Origin: an uncultured Spirochaetota bacterium | GTDB lineage: Bacteria > Spirochaetota > Spirochaetia > SZUA-6 > Fen-1364 | Direction: 5' to 3' | Assembly: GCA_963745235.1 (NCBI GenBank) | Contig: CAVUXE010000009.1 | Location: 64,001-128,000 of the forward strand | Length of the DNA stretch: 64,000 bases | In this document: piece after piece, positions 38,624 through 47,890 of the stretch | Layout of the letters: each line of letters begins with the position of its first letter | Numbering within the stretch: the first letter of the stretch is position 1 | The notes under the pieces: model-generated | Database searches by the model: none | What the model was told of the DNA's origin: nothing | Seen by the model: the letters and a program-made list of their open reading frames with translations, nothing else | Program-made: the position numbers and the translations under genes

Positions 38624-38650
38624 ACGGGAAAGAGGGAGGGGAAAGACGCA

Positions 38651-38930
38651 ATGAGCGAAATGAGCTTTCTCCTTGCCGTGTTTGCCGTCATTGAGCACCT
38701 GAACAAGTCGGAGCTGACTACCACCAGCAAGAAGCTGATCATTGCCTACGTGAACGAGGCCAACGGAGAAGAGCTCGTGGAGAAAGCGCGCGAGGCGGTC
38801 AGGAGGTACACGGAGACGGTCCTGCCAACCCTCGCGAGCATCCGCACGAAAGCGAAGACGGTCAAGCTCGACAAGCTGGACCACCTGGTCCTGAAGCTGG
38901 AGTACGAGGGCGCACGGCTCACGCGCCTAG
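38651..38930 (+). CDS. Small hypothetical protein (3' end uncertain; ORF formally runs to 39439)
   Basis: Protein-like for about 93 codons, then reads as antisense of the DUF475 gene. Confidence 0.5.
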
Positions 38931-39846
38931 GGTCGCCCTTTCTCGCTTCCCTCAGGGATCTGGCAAAAAAGAATCCAACCACGGCAAACGTGACAAGGGG
39001 TGAAATCCACTGCGGGATGGAAATGCCGAACCCGTCGCACATCATGACGATGCCGAGGAACAGGATGGAATACATGGCGCCGTTCTTCAGGAAGCTGTAC
39101 CGCTTGATGCGTTCCACGTTTCCCGCCGTAACCTGGCGCACGATCACGGCCCCGAGGCCGTTGCCCGCCACGATCAGCGGCACGCTGAGCGTGAAAGCAA
39201 AAGCGCCCAGCACTCCGTCGATGGAAAAGGTCATGTCGATGACCTCCAGGTACAGGATCTTCGCCACATCAGACATGCCGCTCCCTGCCAGTTCCCGCTC
39301 CTTCCTCTCCGCGTTCTCCTTGAAACCGTGCGTGATGAAAAATACGGTGGAGCCGAAGACGGCGGCGAATCCAACCATGTCGCTCATGGGCAGGGCCAGC
39401 CAGACGGTTCCCGCCAGGAAGATGGACGCGATCGTATAGAACCAGAAACCCTTCTTGTAGAAAAACTTTTCTCCCGGGATGCTGAAACGCTTCGGCTCCA
39501 GGAACAGCCAATGGAGGAACAGAAGGACCAGGAATACGCCTCCCCCCATGAGCAAAGGTGGCGCGGACAGGCGCACCGCCTGGACTACGCGCGGGTCGCT
39601 GGAAAACGTCGCGGTGAGCGCTCCCCAGGGCCCTATCCCCGGCAGCGCCAGCCAGACGATCAGCCAGGGAAGGAGCCCGCGCACGACGAACACCGCGAAA
39701 ACCACTCCCCAGAGGAGAAACCATCGACGCGCCCGTCGCGCCATGCCGGAAAGGACCGTTGCGTTTATGATGGCGTTGTCCACGCTGGAGATCGATTCAA
39801 AAAGGGACAGTCCGAAGACGGTGAGGAGGACGCCGAGGACAGTCAC
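38746..39846 (-). CDS. DUF475/TerC-like integral membrane protein (3' end uncertain)
   Basis: ESISSVDNAIINA, LYLEVIDMTFSIDGVLGAFAFT, GNGLGA. Confidence 0.82.
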   Translation of the reverse strand: MTVLGVLLTVFGLSLFESISSVDNAIINATVLSGMARRARRWFLLWGVVFAVFVVRGLLPWLIVWLALPGIGPWGALTATFSSDPRVVQAVRLSAPPLLMGGGVFLVLLFLHWLFLEPKRFSIPGEKFFYKKGFWFYTIASIFLAGTVWLALPMSDMVGFAAVFGSTVFFITHGFKENAERKERELAGSGMSDVAKILYLEVIDMTFSIDGVLGAFAFTLSVPLIVAGNGLGAVIVRQVTAGNVERIKRYSFLKNGAMYSILFLGIVMMCDGFGISIPQWISPLVTFAVVGFFFARSLREARKGDPRRVSRAPSYSSFRTRWSSLSSLTVFAFVRMLARVGRTVSVYLLTASRAFSTSSSPLASFT

Positions 39847-39929
39847 GCGCGGCAGTGTATCCCCGGCGGAAGGGAAAAACCAGCAAGTGATTGCCACGAA
39901 GGCCCGGAGTACCGATACTGTAGGAAGCG

Positions 39930-40700
39930 ATGGACGCGAAACTCCTGGATGCATGCGCGGTCCTGCTGGGACCGCAGGCAAGAAGGGCAGGCCAGGCCCT
40001 GTTGCGCCAGTTGACTGTCGGCACGGTTCGAGCCGCATTCCGCAGGCTCGCGCTGCGCACGCATCCCGACAGGACAGCGGGTTCCCGCGACGGGACGCTT
40101 TTTATCGAGGTGTCCCGAGCGTACGAGCTGCTCATGGCTTTCCTGGTGGCCCGATCAACTCCAGCCGGTGCTCGCGCCCACCGGACGCACGAAAGCCCTC
40201 CCCGTCCATCGGCAGCGCGTCCGAACCCCTCGCGGCAGCGCACACGGGAAGTGTTCTACCACGGCCCGCTTCCTCGCCGGCGCCTTCGGCTGGCGGAGTT
40301 TCTCTACTACTCGGGATGCATATCCTGGCAGTCCCTGATCAGCGCGCTGGTCTGGCAGCGCACTGGACGGCCCCGGTTCGGCGAGATAGCGCGTCAGCTG
40401 CGCCTGGTATCAGAGAACGACATGATGCGCGTCCTTCAGTCCCGCGCGCTCCACGAACAGACAGGGGCCACCGCTTCACGGCTTCGGCTCATCACCGTGG
40501 AGGACGTGCGACGGATCCTCAGGATCCAGCGCGCGCGCCAGCGGCCCATCGGCAGGTACTTCGTGGAGAAAGAGCGCATGGCGGATGCGGAGCTTTCCCG
40601 GCTCCTGCACGAGCTGTTCAGGCACAATGCGCGCTGCCGTCTCGAAGCCGAGAAGAATCGCCGCAAGAATCGGGTTGAGAAGGAAGAGGCCACCGCGTAG
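39930..40700 (+). CDS. J-domain protein with C-terminal MshEN-like repeats
   Basis: AFRRLALRTHPDR..F.EVSRAYELL; repeats LAEFLYYSGCIS, FGEIARQLRLVS, IGRYFVEKE. Confidence 0.75.
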   Translation: MDAKLLDACAVLLGPQARRAGQALLRQLTVGTVRAAFRRLALRTHPDRTAGSRDGTLFIEVSRAYELLMAFLVARSTPAGARAHRTHESPPRPSAARPNPSRQRTREVFYHGPLPRRRLRLAEFLYYSGCISWQSLISALVWQRTGRPRFGEIARQLRLVSENDMMRVLQSRALHEQTGATASRLRLITVEDVRRILRIQRARQRPIGRYFVEKERMADAELSRLLHELFRHNARCRLEAEKNRRKNRVEKEEATA

Positions 40701-40741
40701 CTTCCTCCTGTGGCGCCGGGTGCGTCACACGGAGGCAGCAC

Positions 40742-41746
40742 ATGGGCGCGCTTGACGTCGCGCTTCTCCTGTCCATTTCCGCGATCTGGGGAAGCTCATT
40801 CATGTTCATGAGGTACCTTGCCCCGGCGGTCGGTCCGGCGTTCACCGCGGACATGAGGACGCTCATCGCCGGGATCATCCTCGGGTTCTTCTTCCTCGCC
40901 ATACGCTTTCGGCCGGGATGGCGCAGAAACGCCGGCCATTTCGTCGTCATCGGCCTTTTGAATGCCGGGATCCCGGCCCTCCTCTACTCCTTTGCCGCCC
41001 TGTCCCTGCCTGCGTCGGTAGAAGCCATCCTGAACGCGCTTTCGCCGCTGTTTGGCGCTGTCTTCTCCGCGATCTGGCTCGGAGAAAGATTCACCGTCCG
41101 CAAGATCGTCGGTCTTGCCCTGGGGCTTGCCGGAGTAGCGCTGGTCACGGGCCTCGGGACCGGGCCCGGGGAGGGGACGACGCTCCTTTCGGTTGCGGCG
41201 TGCGTCCTGGCAACCGTGTGCTACGGCCTGGCGGGAGTGTACATCAGGAAAAAGGCGCCTCACGTAAAGCCCATGGCAGTGGCTGGAGGAAGCCAGCTGG
41301 CCGCTGGCCTCATCATGCTTCCCCTCGTCTTTCTTGCTCCTCCCCCCGCAGGCGAGCTCATTCGCGTGGCCCCGGTGATCCTCGTGTTCGCGTTCCTGTG
41401 CAACGCGGCGGCCTTCCTGATGTATTTCCGGCTCATCTCGAGCGCGGGGCCCACAAAGGCGCTGACGGCCACGTTTCTGATCCCCGTGTCGGGTATGGTC
41501 ATCGGGGCTCTGGTGCTCCTGGAGCCCGTGACAGCGCGGATGCTGATGGGGACTCTCGTCATCCTGGCGGGCAGCGCCCTGGTGGTGGCGCCTGCTTTCC
41601 TTGACAGGGCGTACGCGGCCGTTTATAGATTCATCATCGCGTCATTCCGAGGAGCAAACCGTGAGAAACGATTCAGCGCGCGCAATCCCCCGCCTGGAGC
41701 TGATGGACCGGGAGCAGTGCGAGAAGATCCACCAGGCATCGCTTGA
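40742..41746 (+). CDS. EamA/DMT family transporter
   Basis: IWGSSFMF, ILNALSPLF, WLGER, about 10 TM helices. Confidence 0.9.
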   Translation: MGALDVALLLSISAIWGSSFMFMRYLAPAVGPAFTADMRTLIAGIILGFFFLAIRFRPGWRRNAGHFVVIGLLNAGIPALLYSFAALSLPASVEAILNALSPLFGAVFSAIWLGERFTVRKIVGLALGLAGVALVTGLGTGPGEGTTLLSVAACVLATVCYGLAGVYIRKKAPHVKPMAVAGGSQLAAGLIMLPLVFLAPPPAGELIRVAPVILVFAFLCNAAAFLMYFRLISSAGPTKALTATFLIPVSGMVIGALVLLEPVTARMLMGTLVILAGSALVVAPAFLDRAYAAVYRFIIASFRGANREKRFSARNPPPGADGPGAVREDPPGIA

Positions 41747-43088
41747 GATACTGCGGAAGACCGGCGTGCGAGTGTACAGCGACGAAGCCCGCGCGCTGCT
41801 CCAGGATGCCGGATGTCTTGTGACGGACGGCAACCTGGTTCGCATCCCCCCCGCAGCCGTGGAGTGGGCGCTTGCGCACGTCCCTTCCACTATAGCCTTG
41901 TGCGATCGGGGCTCGACGACAGCCAGCGTCAGGCTGACCCCGGGAGAGTCCAGCTTCGGCCCGGGCTCTGACTGCCCGAACTATCTCGACCCGAAGGACG
42001 GGGCGCGTCGCCCGTTCACGCTTGCCGACCTGGATGGCTGCGTTCGCCTGGCCGATGCCCTTCCCGAGATCTCTTTCCTCATGTCCATGGGGATTCCCCG
42101 CGACTATCGCGGCAACGCGTACCGACGGCAATATGCAACCCTGATCCAGGGAAGCAGGAAGCCGGTTGTGTTCGTCTGCAACGACGCGGCTGACTGCCGC
42201 GCAATCACGGCGGCGGCTGCCGCAGTGGCGGGCGGAACGGAGGAGCTGCGCCTCAATCCCACGCTGCTCCTGTACTCGGAGCCGACAACGCCGCTTTCCC
42301 ACAGCGCGACGGCCACGGAGAAGCTCCTCTTCATGGCGGCGCGCGGGCTTCCGGTGGTGCACTCCCCCGCCCCCATGATGGGCAGCACCGCCCCCGTCAC
42401 GGTTGCGGGCGGTCTTGCCCTCGGCAATGCCGAAGTCCTGAGCAGCATCGTCATTCACCAGAAGAAGCGGCCCGGCGCCCCGTTCCTGTACGGAAGCGGT
42501 CTTCATCACATGGACATGAAGACGTCAATCAGCGTCTATGGCGCGCCGGAGTTCCAGATTGCACGCGTTGCGGTGGCATGCATGGGGAGGCACTACGGCC
42601 TCCCTACCTGGGGGTACGCCGGCCATTCGGACGGCATCCTGTTCGATGAACAGGCCGCCGCTGACGCGGTGTTCTCCGTCCAGACTGCTCTTCTCAGCGG
42701 GACAAACCTCATCCACGACGTCGGGTACCTGGAGGCGGGTCTCATCACGTCCCCGGAGATGATGGTGTTCACGGCAGACATGATCCGCATGATGCGGCAC
42801 TTCACCGACGGGTTCGGCATGAGCTCGGAAGATCTTGCCCTGGAGGCCATCCACGCCGTGGGGCCCGGAGGCAACTACCTCGGTGAGGAGCACACCCTCC
42901 GGCATTTCCGCGAGATGTGGCAGCCTGAGCTCTTCGACAGGCAGCGTTTCGACAGCTGGCAGGCCTCCGGCTCGAAGAGTCTTCGGGCCCGGCTGCGGGA
43001 GAAGACACTCGAGATCATGGCGAGCCACCCCGGCGCCCCGTTGTCCGATCCCTTGCGGAAGGAAGTGGAGAAGGTCCTGGAGCTCTAG
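41661..43088 (+). CDS. Trimethylamine methyltransferase (MttB superfamily), non-pyrrolysine
   Basis: IHQASLEIL..TGVRV, STAPVTVAG, NAEVL, RPGAP, DEQAA, VGPGGNYL; no in-frame TAG. Confidence 0.88.
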   Translation: MRNDSARAIPRLELMDREQCEKIHQASLEILRKTGVRVYSDEARALLQDAGCLVTDGNLVRIPPAAVEWALAHVPSTIALCDRGSTTASVRLTPGESSFGPGSDCPNYLDPKDGARRPFTLADLDGCVRLADALPEISFLMSMGIPRDYRGNAYRRQYATLIQGSRKPVVFVCNDAADCRAITAAAAAVAGGTEELRLNPTLLLYSEPTTPLSHSATATEKLLFMAARGLPVVHSPAPMMGSTAPVTVAGGLALGNAEVLSSIVIHQKKRPGAPFLYGSGLHHMDMKTSISVYGAPEFQIARVAVACMGRHYGLPTWGYAGHSDGILFDEQAAADAVFSVQTALLSGTNLIHDVGYLEAGLITSPEMMVFTADMIRMMRHFTDGFGMSSEDLALEAIHAVGPGGNYLGEEHTLRHFREMWQPELFDRQRFDSWQASGSKSLRARLREKTLEIMASHPGAPLSDPLRKEVEKVLEL

Positions 43089-43118
43089 GCTGGCAGGCGC
43101 GCGGAGTGGGCTTCGACC

Positions 43119-45331
43119 TCAGGAGGCCGCGGCCGCGGACCCCGCCTTGATGACATCGCAAAGAAGGGCCTTGTAGACGGGGAACCCGGAAATGGGATCA
43201 CGGTTGTCGGCATCCGTGAGCTCGTTGACGTTGCTGCTCTTCCAGCCCCCCATGGCAATGGGACTCCCTCCATGAGCGTCCGCCTCCACTGAGCCCGCCA
43301 TGATGTCCTCTGTGACGAAGGCCTGAAAGCGCACGCGGCCGCGGGGGCTCACCACGTCCACCGGGTCTCCCGAGGAAACCCCTCTGACCGCGGCGTCCTG
43401 GGGATGGATCCAGACAAGGGGACACGGCCGTTGGCGCACCAGGGCCGGGATGTTGTGGTGCTGCGAGTTGAGAAACGACTTGGCCCGCGCCCCGGAGTTC
43501 AACACAAGAGGGTATCTGGCCGCCAGCTCGGGGTTGCCTATCGGCCCTTCAGCGGGCGGTGTAAAGACCGGCAGCGGGTCGTAGCCGGAAGCTCTGCAGG
43601 ATTGTGGAAGCAATCTCCAGCTTTCCGGAAGGCGTCGGGAACCCCGGCGCGCCATCCGCGCGAAGGAGCCCCCTCTCCCACTTGCGATATTCCACCTGCC
43701 TGGCGGGCAGCGGCACACCGTCCGGGCTGTGCTCAAGTGCATCAAGGTCGATTCCCGTGCCCTCGAAGGCCCATTCGAGCATCTGGCGGGATGAGCGCGG
43801 GAAAAGGTGGCCGTAGCCAAGCCGGTCTGCGATCCCGGAAACGATATCCCAGTCGCTGCGCGACTCTCCCAGAGGCTCCACCACCTTGCGGCGCAGTCTC
43901 ACGCGGTCCCCCGAGACGAGGTACGAGTCGCTCTCGAAAGATGTCGCCGCCGGGAAGGATGATGTCGGCGTACCGCGAGTCTGCCGTCGGGTAGCGGTCC
44001 ACCACGAGCAGGAAGTCCAGCGCCGAAAAGCTGCGCCTCCAGAGACCCGGGGTCGGATAGCCCGTCAGCACGGAGGCGCCGAACACGAGCAGGCCGCGAA
44101 CCGGGTACGGGCGGCTCTCCAGGATGGCCGCCGGAAGGTCCATGGCCTGCGCTTCCTTGCGGAAGGAGTAGTAGAGGGGGTAGGTGGTCGAGCCAACGGG
44201 AGCTGCCCCGACGGGGGGAGCCAGCCGGTGTCCGGTGCTCACCCTGAACCCGGCGTCCGGCGAGGCGAAGACGTTTCCGCCCGGCACGTCGATATTGCCC
44301 GTGAGCGCCCACAGGATGAGGATGGCCCGGATGTTCTGCACCGCGCTGTTCGTATATTCGAGGCCGGAGTAGACAAGAAGCGCCGCCCCCTGCGCGGCCG
44401 CGATGTCGCGGGCCACGGACCGGATCACCTGCGGCGGGACTCCAGTTATCGACGAAGCATGCTCCGGTGTGAACCGTGAAACATACGCGCGCAGCTCCTC
44501 GAAACCCGTGGTCCACTCCCTGGCAAAGGGCTCGTCGTACAAGCCCTCCCGGACGATCACGTTGATCATTGCCAGTGCCAGCGCGCCGTCTGTGCCCGGC
44601 CGCACGGGGACCCATTGAGCGTCAGCACGCACCGCGGTCTCGGTTCGCCGATGGTCTATCGCGATGACTCGGGCCCCGCGCTTTCGTGCCTTCAGGAGCC
44701 GCTCCATCAGCTCCGGAGGGGACGCGTTGGCCGGGTTCGTGCCCCACACCACGACGAGGTCTGAGCTTTCAAGGTCGGCATAGGTATCTGCCCACCAGAT
44801 TCCCATTGTGGTGGCAGGCGCAATCACCGCCTGGCTCACGTAGCAGTTGGAGCCCGCCCCCGTGGTATTGGGAGATCCCAGGGGAAAGAGGAGGCTCCAG
44901 GCGCAGCTCTCCCGAACCCCGGCAGGGGCCAGCATCTCCCACAGCGACCGCTCGAACGTGCCCCGGCCGGTGTACGTGCACAGCGCCTCGGGGCCGAACC
45001 GCGAGGCTATCTCGCTCACCCGGGAGGCAACCGTGTCCAGCGCCTCGTCCCAGCTCACCCGGTGAAACCTGTTTTCTCCGCGGTTTCCATCCCGGGCAAG
45101 AGGATGCAGGAGCCGGTCGGGTGAATACAGGATCTCCGCGGCCCGGCTCACCCGCCTGCAGCAGATGCCGTTGGGACGGCTGGGATCAGGGACGACGCGA
45201 ATGATGCGGTCCCCTTGCAGCGTAATGGTCACGGAGCATCCCGAAGCGCAGATGCCGCAGTTGCCGGGAACAATGCGCTGGGCAGGCTGGTGAGGCGGTT
45301 GAGAAGACCCTTTCATCAAGGTGCCCATCAT
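43119..45331 (-). CDS. Molybdopterin (DMSO-reductase family) oxidoreductase, frameshifts at ~43952 and ~43600
   Basis: CGICASGC, DRLLHPL, VSWDEAL, WGTNP, RPGTDGALA, TPSGKLE, IHPQDA, DPISGFP. Confidence 0.88.
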
Positions 45332-45464
45332 AGCGCCCTATCGGCTCCCGAGACAACATGATGAATCGGCAGGGCGAATTGGTTGCCCGGCGCAATTATT
45401 CGTCCCTGAAAATGCACTTGCACTCGGATGGTCTTCTTCTATAATGAGGCGCTGTGAAAGGGGG

Positions 45465-47000
45465 ATGATCCTCATGCCACACAAGTTATCCATGCGTCTT
45501 CTTGCCGTAGCGGCGCTCTTGTCGGCAGCTGTCCTGGCTCAGGCGGCGCCGACGCCCGGGGGCGTGATGAAGATCGGCAGCCAGCCCGTCAGCAACCTGG
45601 ATCCGCACTTTGCCACCTCCATTGCTGACATTACGCTGCTCGAGCAGGTCTACCAGCATCTCACCTACATCGACCCCAACAACCGGGCCGTTCCCGACCT
45701 GGCCACCAAGTGGCAGTCAGCGGACGGCAAGGTCTGGGTGTTCACCATCCGCGGTGACGCGAAGTTCTCCAGCGGGGAGCCGGTGACCGTGGACGACGTG
45801 ATTGCCAGCTTCAACCGTCTGCGTGACCCCAAGGTGGGAAGCCCCGCTGCCAGCCTCTTCAAGGGCATCCAGGACATCAAGGGGCTGGACGCCTCCCGGG
45901 TGCAGTTCACGCTTTCCGACACGAACCCTGAGTTCGCAAGCGACGTGGGGGACTACCACGCGTGCATCATCCCCGCATCCAGCAAGGACCCGGGCAAGGA
46001 CAGAATAGGAAGCGGACCCTTCATGATCGACTCCTATTCCCCTGAAGACCGCATCGTGCTGAAGAAGAACCCGTACTTCGCCGCCAAGGATTCCAATGGC
46101 CAGGCCCTCCCGTACCTGGATGAGATCGACATCATCTTCTCTCCTGACCAGGGTGGCCAGGTGGAGGCTCTTCGCGGCGGCCAGCTCAACTACGTTGCCG
46201 GCCTGAGCGCCCAGCTGGCTGACGCCGTCTCGAAAGACCCGCAGACAAAGATCATCAGGAACACGTCGAACATGCACTGGGTCATCCACATGCGCTCCGA
46301 CAAGGGCCATCTTGCTTCCGACAACAGGATCCGTGAGGCCTTCAAGCTGGCAACGGATCACCAGGCCATTGTGGACGCGGTGAGGCCGGGGCTCGCTTCA
46401 GTTGGCAATGGCTTCACGCCCGTTGGCCCGGCGTTCGCTGACTACTACCTGGACAAGGCGCCCAAGGTCGACATTGCGCGGGCAAAGAAGCTTCTCGCCG
46501 AGGCGGGATATCCCAACGGTCTGAAGATCACCCTGGCCACCCAGAACCAGCTGGATGTCGTCCCGATTGCCACGGTCTGGAAAGAACAGCTGGCGAAGAT
46601 CGGCGTCCAGGTGGACATCCAGATAGTCCCCTCCGATGTGTACTACGGGAACGGGGACCAGAGCTGGCTCGTTGCAGACTTCGGCATCACGGATTGGGGC
46701 TCGCGCGCGACGCCTGTCACCTACTTCAAGCTCGCTTACACGAGCGACGCGCAGTGGAACGAGAGCCACTGGTCTGATGCCCAGTTCGACGAGATCACGA
46801 GCAAGGTCGACAAGGAAATGGACAAGGCCAGGCGCGTTGCGCTGTACAAGCAGGCCCAGCAGATCCTCATCGACCGCGGTCCGGTCATCGTCGCCTATTT
46901 CGAAAAGGCGGTTGCCGGCCTCAGCGCGAACCTCCAGGGCGTGGTCCTGACCTCTGACTGGCCAAGGACCCGGTTCACCAACGCCTGGCTCTCGAAGTAG
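45465..47000 (+). CDS. ABC transporter substrate-binding protein (peptide/nickel family 5)
   Basis: Signal peptide, NLDP, PDLATKW, GSGPF, AKKLLAEAGYPNG. Confidence 0.92.
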   Translation: MILMPHKLSMRLLAVAALLSAAVLAQAAPTPGGVMKIGSQPVSNLDPHFATSIADITLLEQVYQHLTYIDPNNRAVPDLATKWQSADGKVWVFTIRGDAKFSSGEPVTVDDVIASFNRLRDPKVGSPAASLFKGIQDIKGLDASRVQFTLSDTNPEFASDVGDYHACIIPASSKDPGKDRIGSGPFMIDSYSPEDRIVLKKNPYFAAKDSNGQALPYLDEIDIIFSPDQGGQVEALRGGQLNYVAGLSAQLADAVSKDPQTKIIRNTSNMHWVIHMRSDKGHLASDNRIREAFKLATDHQAIVDAVRPGLASVGNGFTPVGPAFADYYLDKAPKVDIARAKKLLAEAGYPNGLKITLATQNQLDVVPIATVWKEQLAKIGVQVDIQIVPSDVYYGNGDQSWLVADFGITDWGSRATPVTYFKLAYTSDAQWNESHWSDAQFDEITSKVDKEMDKARRVALYKQAQQILIDRGPVIVAYFEKAVAGLSANLQGVVLTSDWPRTRFTNAWLSK

Positions 47001-47024
47001 AGCCTCGTCGTCTCCCAGCGCGCG

Positions 47025-47888
47025 ATGAGCGACCCAGGGACAGCCTCGCCCTCCCGCGGTCTCTCGCGCGTGCTGGGACGCCTTCGGCGCAATCCGGCGG
47101 CCCTCGCTGGCACGGTGGTCTTCCTCTTCTTTCTGCTCATGGCCCTCATCGGGCCCCTGGTGGCGCCCTACAGCTTTGAAGCCCAGAACATAGCGCAGCG
47201 GCTCAGGCCCCCGGATGCGGCCCACCTCCTGGGAACAGACCAGTACGGCCGGGACATCCTGAGCCGGATCCTTACGGGGAGCAGGGGGATCTTCCTCTTG
47301 AGCGGGACGGGCACCCTCCTGGCCGCCTTCATCGGTGTCTCCCTGGGGCTTTTCTCCGGCTTCTACGGGCGCCTCTGGGACGAGGTCCTCATGCGCATCC
47401 TCGACGTGCTCCTCTCCTTTCCGCCCCTGCTCTTTGCGCTGCTTCTGCTCGCTACCCTGGGCCCCTCCCCGCTCAACCTGCTGCTGGTGATATCTGTCCT
47501 CTACGTCCCGATGCTTGCGCGCCTTGCCCGCAGCACGGTGCTCGACCTCCGCACACGGGAGTTCGTCGAAGCGGCGCGCATCCGCGGGGAGCGTGACCTG
47601 GCCATCCTTTTCCGGGAGATCCTTCCCAACGCCCTGGGCCCCATCCTGGTGGAGATCTCGGTGAGATTCTCCTACTCGATCTTCCTTGTCGCCTCCCTGG
47701 GTTTCCTGGGGTTGGGCGTCCAGCCTCCCTCCCCCGATTGGGGGCTGCAGATCAACGAGGCGCGAAGCTTTTTTGCCACCGCCCCGTGGATCCTGCTCTT
47801 TCCGGCCGGGGCCATCTCGCTCCTGGTGGTGGCCACCAACCTCATGACGGACGGGCTGCGGCAGGTCCTGCAGCCGGGGTCACGGTAG
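47025..47888 (+). CDS. ABC permease (DppC/OppC-like)
   Basis: LGTDQYGRD, EFVEAARIRG, LGFLGLGVQPPSPDWG. Confidence 0.92.
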   Translation: MSDPGTASPSRGLSRVLGRLRRNPAALAGTVVFLFFLLMALIGPLVAPYSFEAQNIAQRLRPPDAAHLLGTDQYGRDILSRILTGSRGIFLLSGTGTLLAAFIGVSLGLFSGFYGRLWDEVLMRILDVLLSFPPLLFALLLLATLGPSPLNLLLVISVLYVPMLARLARSTVLDLRTREFVEAARIRGERDLAILFREILPNALGPILVEISVRFSYSIFLVASLGFLGLGVQPPSPDWGLQINEARSFFATAPWILLFPAGAISLLVVATNLMTDGLRQVLQPGSR

Positions 47889-47890
47889 CC

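Noticed and set aside
41661-43088. Pyrrolysine-containing trimethylamine methyltransferase
   Set aside because: No in-frame amber codon and no pyl genes in the window
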